The notes below the pieces were generated by a model. That model saw nothing but the letters and a program-made list of their open reading frames with translations. It was not told where the DNA came from and did not search any database. Of a DNA stretch of 64,000 bases, positions 1 to 9,584 are shown in pieces (within the stretch, counting starts at the first letter, position 1; each line of letters opens with the position of its first letter). A program made the position numbers and the translations under genes. This DNA is from Andalucia godoyi And28 (Eukaryota; Protista; Jakobida), in NCBI GenBank assembly GCA_009859145.1, contig VRVR01000008.1, positions 71,494 to 135,493 of the forward strand, read 5' to 3'.

Positions 1-647
1 TCGAACCACGGTCTCCCTTCGTCAATGCTTGCATGTTCCCTGCATCTGCCACTGTCTCTGTCTCTGCTTGTGATGGGACTCCATACAAGACAAAATGGAT
101 GCGATACAGCTCGCCACAGTCCAAACACTGCTTGCTTTGCAAAGTGGATCATTGTGTACTTTAGGCACCGAAGCGCAATTGTCTTCATAATTTCGGGGTG
201 TGTAATGGAGTTCAGCTTCTTTCGCAGTGCCGCATCAGCAAAGATGATCTGGCCAAGACGCTTACGATCGAGTGTTTTCGATTGCGGATCCACAACTTCA
301 GAACCAAAATAAGACACTATGCGCTTGAATCCGCGCGTTCCGGGCATCACAACCTCCCTCGCTACGAGATCCAGGTCAACCACACGTATCTCTGCATTCC
401 GACCCTTCTTCTTCCCATCGTCCTCGTCTTCTCCATCATCGACCCTGTCGATTGCTCTTCAACCAATACACAAACAAAATACACATACAATGTACTGATG
501 AGTGATGCAAGCAGTGGTTCACAAAAGCACGTAGATAGAAAATGATTTTAAAATAAAAACAAAAGAGACGTACGACAAGAGTGCGGACACAGTGCTTTTG
601 CCAGTTGAAATTCCCCCTGTAAGCCCCACAACATACACAAAACACAT
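1..647 (-). CDS. Dephospho-CoA kinase (CoaE/DCAKD family), spliced, 3' part runs off the window
   Basis: Not in the ORF track; manual translation. Exon 1 (647-574) gives MCFVYVVGLTGGISTGKSTVSALL (P-loop), followed by a GTACGT donor at 573. Exon 2 gives VVDLDLVAREVVMPG...LDRKRLGQIIFADAALRKKLNSITHPEI, typical CoaE blocks. Acceptor position is ambiguous (two in-phase AGs near 440-450). Confidence 0.88.
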
Positions 648-1108
648 AGTTGCCAGTCGAGTGTCAGCACACCGATGAACACTGCAGACGAATGATTATA
701 TGAAACTCGGATGTCGTGTTGGTCGGTAAAAAGACCAGAGCGGAAAAGAATGCACGAAGAGAAAACGGGGAAGGGAAGAAATGGTCTCCTCCAAGCAGCG
801 ACTGTAAACCATAATAAGAGCTTCTTTTTTTTATTTTACGAAAGGCAGAATGCGTTGCCGTCCTTGTAGCAATTGTGATTTTTGCTGGATTGCATTTTTC
901 ATGTACTTTCCTCCCGTGTTTCATTTCAGTCGTGATAACTCGGGCAAGGAAGACTTGTGCTCTTGAACGACGATATTTTCATTGCTTACGTTTCCATCTT
1001 GCACCTTTTCTTTCTTTCTTTCTTTTTTCTTTTTTCTTTTTTTGAATCTGCGTTATTTAATCTATTATGGTTTTTTGACAAAAGGCACGCCAAAAAAACC
1101 AAAACACA

Positions 1109-2158
1109 ATGGGCGGCGCATCTACAGCAGCTACGGACAGCAAAGCGACTACGGCAGGCGCAGCAGCTGGAGCCTCATCATCGTCGTCAGCGACTGCAAC
1201 GGCAACGGCCTCATCATCATCATCGAGCGACGTGGACACTGCGCTGGATGTAACTGAGCTTTCTCGGCAGATCCGGCAGTTCCCGGGGATAAAGATCGTG
1301 TATGGAAATGTGGCGATATGGCGCGGGCCAGAAGCACAGAGTGATCAGACGCATCGGTGGTGTGTGTTTCTTCGGGCAGACGATGAAAACGACGCATGGG
1401 ATCCAGTCGAGCACCTGCTTGCTGCTGAAAAGGCAGCAACGTCTGGATCAAGTTCAGCGGCGACAGAGAAGAGCGTGGAGGATGTGTTTGCATTTTCGGA
1501 GCATGCGCCAGGATCATCATCATCGGTGGTGGCACCTGGCGTGACGCCTGGTGTGGCGGCTGGTGTGACGGCTGGTTCTTCTTCAGGGCCACTGTCCGGT
1601 GTGAGCAGTTCAGGGGCACTCAGCAACGCAGCTCTTTTCCACAGATACTTTTCCCGCGTTGAGTTTCAACTGCACGAAACCTTCAATCCCCCCGTCCGTG
1701 TGATGCAGAGTCCTCCGTTTGCAGTCTGCGAGGTGGGCTGGGGGTCATTTGAAGTGTTCATCACATTGTTTCCGAGGGATACGGGGTTTGGCACAGTCGA
1801 ACTTGCCGTTCCACTGCAGCTGTACCCGAAACCGTCCATGGTGACCGAGCCTACGCGCGAGCCTGTCATGTCGTATTATTACGACATGGTGGTGCTGACT
1901 GGCGCAAAAATGCCCAATTCTGGTGCCGGAAGAAAACGAGAACTTGCGGATGTTGCGCCACCAACACCAACGGCGTCTTCTTCCGGCGCTGCGTCTGCGG
2001 AAGGCGGTTTTAACGTTGGGAAAAAGAAGCGCACCGGAACCATTCTTCGGTGGGATGACGCTGAAGAGCGGGATTTTAGGCAACTGTGCCACATGATTCA
2101 ATGTGTGGAAAACGCAATGCATCACATGTACGAAGAAGCTGCGTCGTATGATGGGTGA
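1109..2158 (+). CDS. YEATS-domain acyl-lysine reader (Yaf9/GAS41/YEATS4-like)
   Basis: IVYGNVA...THRWCVFLR, then VEFQLHETF..PVRV..SPPFAVCEVGWGSFEV (YEATS motifs), and a short C-terminal helix. Confidence 0.85.
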   Translation: MGGASTAATDSKATTAGAAAGASSSSSATATATASSSSSSDVDTALDVTELSRQIRQFPGIKIVYGNVAIWRGPEAQSDQTHRWCVFLRADDENDAWDPVEHLLAAEKAATSGSSSAATEKSVEDVFAFSEHAPGSSSSVVAPGVTPGVAAGVTAGSSSGPLSGVSSSGALSNAALFHRYFSRVEFQLHETFNPPVRVMQSPPFAVCEVGWGSFEVFITLFPRDTGFGTVELAVPLQLYPKPSMVTEPTREPVMSYYYDMVVLTGAKMPNSGAGRKRELADVAPPTPTASSSGAASAEGGFNVGKKKRTGTILRWDDAEERDFRQLCHMIQCVENAMHHMYEEAASYDG

Positions 2159-2415
2159 GAAAAATGAAATAATAAATTAAAGATTTAAATTTTTTTAAAA
2201 ACGAGACACGCAAGGAAAAAATAATTTTAAAAAAACACGAATGGCTGCGCAAGCCAAAATGGAGCTCCGTTGTGCATTCACTCTTCTCTTCTCTTCTCTT
2301 GACATAATCATTTACACACCATTCAAACGAACGCACACGGGGCGAACGAACAGAAATACAATTGAGCAGAGAAAACAATATTACAATATCCGCAGCATAC
2401 TCTTTCATTCTCTCT

Positions 2416-4991
2416 TTATCGTCGATCGTTGGTACCAGCCTTTCGCTTGCCCGAGAACAAATGCTTCGGCATCGGATTGAGATACACACGATCGGCTTCT
2501 CCCTTCTTCGCCTCTCGGGCTTTGCCAAGCTGCGTGCGATGGAAGACATCCATGGTTTTGAGAACGGTCTAGCGTCGGGGAGAGGGGAAAAAACAAAAGA
2601 AACACACAACCATCAGTAATTGGACGAAACACGGACAAACAGAAGGACCAAAAATTCAGCAAAAGAAATCTGGATCTGCTGCAACACGCCCGCATCAGAC
2701 AGTACGAATCCATAATGCAGTGTCTAAAGTGGCTCATAGAAACCTCGCCAAAAAGAGACACGTTGTCATCCTTTGGAGATGTGCCGCAACAAATCGAGAC
2801 ATTCCAGTAAAGGAATCCCTGAAAAGGGAGAGAAAAAAAAGGAGGAAAAAAAGAACACAGATAAGGAAAGCAAAACATACCTTGACGTCCTTGAGACCTG
2901 CTTCTCCAGGCACAACAGACTTGGATCGAGAACGAGCTCGCTTTGCGACCGATTCTCCTTCACGGTCCATTTCGTCTTGGGCCGCATCAATTGCATCGTC
3001 TGCCACAGATCGAGTGCGCTTTCTTCCAAGCTTGTCCTTGCCCACAGAACGAGAGCGCGTACGCGATCTGGATTTTGTCTCGCTGTCGTCCGAAAAGTTA
3101 TCTCCTTCATCATCGTCTTCCTGTGCAAGGTGCTTATTCCGTCCAAGAGACCGGTCGCGTAGCCGTCGCTCGGAAACAATGATCTTCCGTTGTCTGCGAA
3201 CCTCGCGAATCTTCTTGCGAGTGTCTTCGTCAACATCGGACTATGAATCGAGGAAAGAAAAAAAAGGAATCACAAATTAGTCCCATATTTTCTAGAAGGT
3301 CAAATGTAGACACAAAAACAATGAATTTCCCACATAGATGCGCTGATGATGCCAACTGGTCAGTAAGCGGTAACATGTTTGTTTTCAAAGAGGACGATAG
3401 TCCACCTTTCAAAGATGTCCTAAGAAAGTTTTTATACATCCTTCCCAAGATGTCAACACCAAGCGCTCTATGTGTCCCCCCCACAACAAAAAATATCCGA
3501 AACAGAACATGGACGCTAAGAGAAAAGATTATCAAATGAAAAACATACCTCGTCTTCTTCCTCGGCTTCGGCAGCCAAACGCAGTCCCTCTTCTTCTTCG
3601 AGCTCATCCAAACGCTTAAGGATGTCCTCGTCGATGAAGTCCGCAACATTCATACCATCCATAATCTCCGGGATCGCATCATGTTTCCACTCTGGATTGT
3701 CGAGTAAGTACTGCTCACGAACATCAAAGACAAACCGGCCTGGTCCGCCTTGCTCCCGCTCGATATCCTTTGCCAGTTTCTTCTCAGGCATCTCAATGCC
3801 GTCTTCCTCCAGCTTTCTCTGTCTGGTAACAGACTCTGGGATGAAGGCACCACGGGTGGCACCTTGTCGCTCCTTGGGAGTCGCAACATGAATCTTCGTC
3901 AAGACATCGCTTCCCTTTTTGGAGCGAAGTTTGTTCTCGATACGATGCTGCAGCAAGAGCTCGCATGCGTCGTTCTTCACCTGGTCTACCCCATTGTCCA
4001 AAAACGTCGACATCGATAACAGCGGGAGCGGCTGTCCATTAGGAGACGGAATGGCCGTTCGCATCTTCTCAATAAGGGTAGCCTCCTCAGGAGACAGATC
4101 TTCCAGGGTTCGCTTATCAGTTTTGTTGATAACAATCATGACAGGCTTGTTGTGGAAGAGCGGCGAAATTTGATGGAACAGATTGACTTGTTCCGCAATC
4201 GAGTATCCGCAGCCTTCGGACAAATCCATAAAGTACATGATCGCTGCTCGGAGATGTGCGAGAGCCGTGATCGACTGCATTTCAATGGTATTTCTCTCTT
4301 CCAAAGGCTTGTCCAAAATACCTGGAGTATCAATAACTTGCCACTGCAAATACTTGTAGTCGGTGTGGCCAACAAACAAGGAGCGAGTGGTGAATGGATA
4401 CGGCTGGACCTCAACGTCTGCTCGCGTAATCTTCTTCATGAACGAACTCTTTCCAACGTTCGGATATCCACAGATGATCAGCGTTCGTGTGTTTGGTTCG
4501 ATTGTCGGCAACCGAGCCAAGTGCTGCCGAACCTGCTCCAGGTACTGCAACGACGGACCCTGTTTTCTCATGAGCGTGCACATTCTACCCAGTGCAGCTC
4601 GCTTCAGCTGCTTGCATCTGTACAGAGAGTCGCCGTACTTGAGCAGACGCACGTAGTCTTTCGAGATCTTGTCAATCAAGTTCTTGGCAGTCGCAAGCTG
4701 CCCAAGCGCAAGCTTGTAATGGTCCTTGTCGTACAAAATGTTCATCAGATCCGCATAAAACGGATGCACGTCATCCATCCGTGGGAATTCTGTAAGGATG
4801 GACTCGAGCTTCTCGTCATAGTTTTGCTGCGTGAATCGAACTTTCCGCATGTAGAATCGGCGGATTCGAGAGATTTCATAACCTTTGTGGATCACAGTCG
4901 GCGTTCCACGCTGCGTCCTCGTCAGAACAATGTCGATAAAGTCCTTTGCAAAGGGAACAGGCTGGATCTTCTTGAAATTGTACACAACCAT
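2416..4991 (-). CDS. NOG1: Nucleolar GTP-binding protein 1; exons 4991-3549, 3240-2881, 2568-2416
   Basis: MVVYNFKKI start, GYPNVGKSS (G1), DTPGILD (G3). Both introns are phase 0 with GTATGT donors. The spliced last exon gives the conserved end [29 protein letters not shown]. Confidence 0.96.
2674..2794 (-). ncRNA. Candidate box C/D snoRNA in NOG1 intron 2
   Basis: 14-bp terminal stem (ATTTGTTGCGGCAC / GTGTTGCAGCAGAT, with G-U pairs only on the minus strand). C box AGGATGA (2772-2766), D box CTGA (2698-2695). K-turn stem II extends by ACA/TGT pairing; C-to-D span 78 nt. Confidence 0.6.
3331..3474 (-). ncRNA. Box C/D snoRNA resembling U58/SNORD58 in NOG1 intron 1
   Basis: About 23-bp bulged terminal stem. 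C-like box AGGATGT (3442-3436), D box CTGA (3363-3360). Internal ACTTTCTTAGGACATCT-TTGA (3429-3409) is complementary to the conserved LSU rRNA segment AGGUGUCCUAAG and matches the U58 guide as I recall it. Confidence 0.75.
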
Positions 4992-5264
4992 GATGAACTA
5001 CACGCACGCGTTCTAGCAGCAAAATAAGAACAATAACAACTGGAACAAGTGAAAAAGAACAACAACCAGCAAATAAAAACAAAAACAAAAACAAAATTGA
5101 AAAAGAAAAACGACGAGCAATGAAAAAGTGGTTGCTTCATTGTGTTGGTTTTGTTTTTCTTTTTACTTGTGGATCAGCACAAAAATGAGCGAAACACGCG
5201 AGAAAAGAATACGACAGACGGGCGGTGAAACTCCCTTGTCGGTTGACTGGAGGAAAAGCTTTTC

Positions 5265-5577
5265 ATAGAGTACCGTAAGATGTGGAGCGTACAGCTGTTG
5301 AAAGGAGAAGTAATTATAGTACCGTTGCCACTTCTTGCGATACTGTATGATGAAGCAGTCTAAAGTGCACGCAAACAAAGACACTGCCACGCGCCATGCG
5401 CATGCGTTTGCTATCTTAGCAACTCTGTCACACGATGCCCGATTCGTTTCGTCCCATTTTGATCATGAAATCCTTATATAAATACGCCGCCGCGTTGCAT
5501 TATGCATGATGTTGGGTTGCAACATTGATTATGGATGATCAGCGATGATTATCCGTGGTTAGTGTACAATGTAGGCG
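5265..5577 (+). mobile_element. Highly decayed Fanzor2/TnpB-like relic A with structured right end
   Basis: Broken frames give YRKM..., MMKQSKVHANKDTATR, ATLSHDARF (compare relic C INDKTAR). Two hairpins follow (5509-5525; 5531-5556 with GCGA loop), then AGTGTACAATGTAGGCG (5561-5577), 16/17 identical to the end of relic B. Confidence 0.55.
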
Positions 5578-5754
5578 TACGTCTTTTCCTGTTCTCTCTC
5601 ACCGCCTTACGAGCCACGCACGCATAACAGAGAAATTGGGAGGTCAGCTGTACTGATAAATATGTACAATTATACTGTATAGTAGAAAGAAGACAGAAAG
5701 GAAGCAAGTATGCAAACGAAAACGAAAAACCCCATTGTGACGCGGAAATGACGG

Positions 5755-6996
5755 TCATGGGAGTGGGACCAAGACGATTACACAGGCCACACACTTTCCA
5801 TGACTCGAACTCTTCCAGGTGCTCTCGGTACTTTCGTCACCAACAGCGCCAGCACCAGCACCAGTATCACCGTCAACGTCAACGACAGTGTCAGAATGAG
5901 ATGACGACATGGGAGAGAGGGAGAGGGAGAGGGACGGAGAAGAAGAGACGAACATTGATGCAGATGAGGTGCGGAGAAACGATATACCAGCGATATGATC
6001 TTGCTCCGTGGATCCGCAGACCATCTTCCCTGATCGAGCACTTACAGAATGAGCTTTTCTTCGAAGTCGTATTCGTACGCTGGTGCTTGACGCTGTTCGT
6101 TTCCCGCTCCATGCGACTTTCCCCCACTCATTTCTCTCTTCTTTGTGCTCGCTCTTTAGGAGCTCTTGAGATTGGCAGTGCTGTTGTTGCTGGTGCTGGT
6201 GCTGGTGTTGGTGCTGGTGCTGGCGATGACGTTTGCAGTCCGAAGCGTTAGCGAGCGCACAAGCCGGAATCGCAAAAGAGGAAGAGCAGGAAGAAGAACA
6301 AGAAGTGGAAGAAAAAGAATGAAAGATGCGAAGAAGACACGGAACGTCGCTTGGAGAAAAGAGATCAAGGACGGAAAAGCGCGGGTCTGCGAGCTGTTCG
6401 CGGGTGAACGGAGACTCTTCAACAAGCGGAGCATTGAACCGATGCAGGGATCCCCGGAGAATGTCCACAAGCACTGCAGCAAACGGCGAAGTATCGACAA
6501 ATTGGCAAGCACTCGCCAAACTCGTTGCAAACACTGGGTCCGCGTCCGCAATGCCATCCAGTTGGTCTGAAGTCCGGAGTGGTTTTGACATCGGGAAAAA
6601 CCCTAGGCCTAGGCCTAGCCCTGACGCTGGTCCTGATGCGGACGGCTGCGGTTGCTTTGCGGGAGTGCGCTTTGCTGATGGCGGCGACACACCATCACTA
6701 TTGGAGTGCGAGTGCGAGTGCGAATGTGTGCTGGCAGAGGCGTTAGAGTTGAGGTGGTCAGAGTGAACACCGGTGATTGTGCTTGTGTCTGTGCTTGTGC
6801 TTGGTGCGGGAGTGCAATTCGAGTCCGAGACAAGGGACATGACGCCGGAGACCATGCACTTGAGACCGCGAGAAAACGAGCATGAGGATGCTTTAGCAGG
6901 GATCGAGGTTGGGATAAAGTCAGATGGAATCGACGACGCAGCAGGTAACGGAGGAGGCGGGAAGAGACTCGCCTCGGATTTCATAGGAGACGTCAT
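5755..6996 (-). CDS. PAS-like protein homologous to the C-terminal module of the Zn2Cys6 array, lacking the zinc cluster
   Basis: DPVFATSLASACQFVDTSPFAAVLVDILRGSLHRFNAPLVEESPFTREQLADPRFSVLDLF...VRIRLRRK...HIAGISFLR aligns by eye with the array C-termini (e.g. DPVLGEQLEAARLSV...YAFNSPLL...FSREEI...FDVFDL...YTAGVSFLR). No Cys6 motif in this ORF or in minus-strand frames up to the tRNA. Confidence 0.75.
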   Translation of the reverse strand: MTSPMKSEASLFPPPPLPAASSIPSDFIPTSIPAKASSCSFSRGLKCMVSGVMSLVSDSNCTPAPSTSTDTSTITGVHSDHLNSNASASTHSHSHSHSNSDGVSPPSAKRTPAKQPQPSASGPASGLGLGLGFFPMSKPLRTSDQLDGIADADPVFATSLASACQFVDTSPFAAVLVDILRGSLHRFNAPLVEESPFTREQLADPRFSVLDLFSPSDVPCLLRIFHSFSSTSCSSSCSSSFAIPACALANASDCKRHRQHQHQHQHQHQQQQHCQSQELLKSEHKEERNEWGKVAWSGKRTASSTSVRIRLRRKAHSVSARSGKMVCGSTEQDHIAGISFLRTSSASMFVSSSPSLSLSLSPMSSSHSDTVVDVDGDTGAGAGAVGDESTESTWKSSSHGKCVACVIVLVPLP

Positions 6997-7522
6997 GCAA
7001 AGCAAAAACAAAACATATATATAAATCTCCCAAACTTGAGCGGAAAATCCAGCAACGTGCAGAACTAGGAAAAAGAAAAACGAAAAGATGAGGGAAGGGG
7101 GAAAAAATGAGCAGAAAAATGTGATAAAGAAAATAAAATAAAATAGAAACTATGAACAAAGAGCCGCCCACGGAGTAGTAGTAATGGAAAGACAGAGTTG
7201 TACTGATATGGAGGAAGTGATAGTGTATATAGATATGGATCGAAGCGCCGAAAATAACGTGAAGAAAGTACAAAGATGGCACGCGGAGCAGCGGTACAAA
7301 AACAGCAGAAGGAGAAAGGGGTAAAATCATCGTTGCGGAGAGTGGCGACTCGGGCGGCTTTTTGAGGCTCCGGAGTCTGAGGGAAATATACAGCGCACGC
7401 CAGAGCACTTTGCTCTCTGAATTGCCGCTTAATCCCCGCCGATGACATCAGAAAACGTCAACATGCGGAGATGAAAAAGATTCCATAATTTTTTTGTGTA
7501 TAAAATTTTTAAAAAAGTAATT

Positions 7523-7605
7523 TGACAGCTGTGGGATTTGAACCCACGCATCCGGAGATACCACGACCTGAACGTGGCGCCTTAGACCAACTCGGCCAAA
7601 CTGCC
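7523..7605 (-). tRNA. tRNA-Leu(CAG)
   Basis: GGCAGTT/AGCTGTC acceptor stem, TGGCCGAGTTGG D arm, CCACG-TTCAGGT-CGTGG anticodon arm, long variable arm, GGTTCAAATCC T arm, and a T6 Pol III terminator at 7516-7511. Confidence 0.96.
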
Positions 7606-7781
7606 CACAATGACGCATCTACCCTGCATGCTTTCTATTCAATCTTTATCACTGATTTCTCTTTTCGAGCTAAAACGCCTGTGTTGTGCAACCTTGTTGG
7701 TGAGCATCTTCTTCGTCGTCTTGGTTGGAGGCGAGAGGAGAAAAAAGAAGAAAGGATTATAAAGCCCCGTAATCAAAAGCC

Positions 7782-8516
7782 ATGTCGAATGTGCGCGTGA
7801 TCGTGCCGATTCTTTCGAGCGCAGTGATTATGTCAGTGTTTTTTGTGATCGTGGCGCAGACCCGCCATGTTTCTGGACGAAGCAGTACTGGTGTATTAAA
7901 CACGGCGGTCGATCCGGATGCGGTTCCAATGCATCTCTTCATCATGGCCAAGTGCTCAACGTCTGCGGCCTTTGAGCGTTTGTTTTACCCTGTGTATGAG
8001 TCGCTGTTTTCTATCGTGTCGCTGCGTGTGGACTACATTGCCACTCTGAATGCAAGCGCAGTGCCTCTGGGAGTGACCTCGGATTACGGACCCAACGACG
8101 TCGCCGCGGACATTTGGGAGCTGTGTGCCTTTCGACTTAACGATGCAAACCCGCGCAACAATTTTGAGTTTCTGCTGTGCATGAGTGCGCATCAGGACGA
8201 CATTCCCGGCAAGGACACTGCAAAGACATGTGCGGATGAGATGCTCTCATATGCGGCAAAAGACGTCGAAGCATGTGCCGAGCAAGGTGTTTTGGCGTAT
8301 GGTGCACTCGGAGCGACATTGCTCCGAGAAAGCATTACCGTGTCAAATCGTTTCAACGCGAGCTGGGCCCCTGTCATTTGGATCAACAACCAGTTCTGGT
8401 GCATCTGGGGCATCAAGGACTGCCCGTATTCCACGGCACTCGATGTTCAAAATGCCATTTGCAGCGCTTATAAGGGCACATCGGACCTCTGTGCAAAGAC
8501 TCGACAGCTCTCATGA
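7782..8516 (+). CDS. GILT/IFI30-like thioredoxin-fold protein with N-terminal signal or anchor, degenerate motifs
   Basis: Hydrophobic N-terminus, HLFIMAKCSTS, VDYI, YGPNDV..IWELCA, FLLCM, TC..VEAC, WAPVIWINN. The spacing follows GILT-family proteins. Confidence 0.65.
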   Translation: MSNVRVIVPILSSAVIMSVFFVIVAQTRHVSGRSSTGVLNTAVDPDAVPMHLFIMAKCSTSAAFERLFYPVYESLFSIVSLRVDYIATLNASAVPLGVTSDYGPNDVAADIWELCAFRLNDANPRNNFEFLLCMSAHQDDIPGKDTAKTCADEMLSYAAKDVEACAEQGVLAYGALGATLLRESITVSNRFNASWAPVIWINNQFWCIWGIKDCPYSTALDVQNAICSAYKGTSDLCAKTRQLS

Positions 8517-8919
8517 ATCCGCAGATCATCCACAAAAAAAAAAAAAAAAAGAGAGAGAGAAAGGGGGAGAAGAAGAAGAAGCAAATTCTCGCGTGTGTTC
8601 GTTCTTTATGCATGCTTGTGTATGCATGTGTCTGCAGTGTGCTCCCCGCGTTCGGCAGGCGTTTTTTTGTGTTTTCTGCGTGTGTCCTTGTGCATGGTGT
8701 GGACATGTGGGTGAGCGCTGCAATTGCCACGGAACTGCAAGGAAAACGCCGAAAGCCACCAACAGCCCGAAAAATGCAATGTCCGCATCTGCTGTATACA
8801 TCGGAATGATCTCCTTTTCGAAGCTGCCGCACCGAAATCGCAATGCGAGGAAAAGAAGAAAGAAAGAGACAATCCAGGAAGGGGTGGAAAAATAGTGCAG
8901 TCTAGTCATGGGGCTAACG

Positions 8920-9130
8920 TAACGCACGTTAACCTAACGTCCGACTTTTCCAGCGAGACGGTGCGTTAACCCTTCAAACGGCCTCCGTTATTACTGGGGC
9001 TTACAACAACGTCGCTATTAATGTATATAATCAAGGAATTCTGTTATTTCAGAAGCAGCCTACGCAAAATAATTCCGTGAGGCTGACTGCCGTTAACGGC
9101 AGGTCGAAAAATTCATGCCAATGTTAACGG
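8920..9130. promoter_or_regulatory. Cluster of GTTAAC / AACGG motifs upstream of the 9183 ORF
   Basis: GTTAAC at 8928, 8965, 9092 and 9123. AACGG or CCGTT at 8977, 8985, 9090, 9096 and 9126. Perfect 16-bp palindrome CTGCCGTTAACGGCAG at 9087-9102. Confidence 0.4.
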
Positions 9131-9182
9131 CTGTACAATTCAGCGTTACTCCACCGCTAGTGCAGTCCGCAAAAGGGCTAAG

Positions 9183-9584
9183 ATGACGATACCCCAAGCG
9201 AATGTCGAAGCAATAGCAACTGCTTCGGAGCGGCTGATCCAACTCGCTCGATCCGACATGTCCGATGCACTTTCGAAGCTGACGGCAGACTCGATTCCTA
9301 CGCTGTACGCCGAGGCATCCTCGTCTGTCATGTGCGCGGATCTGGTCTCGCTTTACGAAATCATGTTGCAGATGAAACCATTCACGCTGGATGCGCTGTG
9401 CGCGTTTGATCCAGTGGCCGCTGGAGTCGGTGCTCGAGTCGAGGAGCTGAGGCCGTTCTTTTCTCAAGTAATCCATCCTGCTCTTGCTATGCACCACATC
9501 AGCGAACTTCCAGACGACCATTTCGCTCGAGCTCTCTTTGAGTGGGCCGATGGAGTGTTCAGCATTGCATGCGTCTTGTCGTAG
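9183..9584 (+). CDS. Hypothetical helical protein, 133 aa
   Basis: ATG-initiated ORF in a GC-rich island with globular-looking composition, flanked by AT-rich DNA. No family recognised. Confidence 0.55.
   Translation: MTIPQANVEAIATASERLIQLARSDMSDALSKLTADSIPTLYAEASSSVMCADLVSLYEIMLQMKPFTLDALCAFDPVAAGVGARVEELRPFFSQVIHPALAMHHISELPDDHFARALFEWADGVFSIACVLS

Noticed and set aside
2624-2636. 11-nt complement to the LSU segment GAAACACGGAC (U18-type guide) in NOG1 intron 2
   Set aside because: Not adjacent to a D or D' box and no C box upstream; a match of this length is plausible by chance.
8966-9181. TTAA-CCCTT ... AAGGG-CTAA, a piggyBac-like outline
   Set aside because: Only 5 bp of inverted repeat, imperfect TSD, and no second copy in the window.
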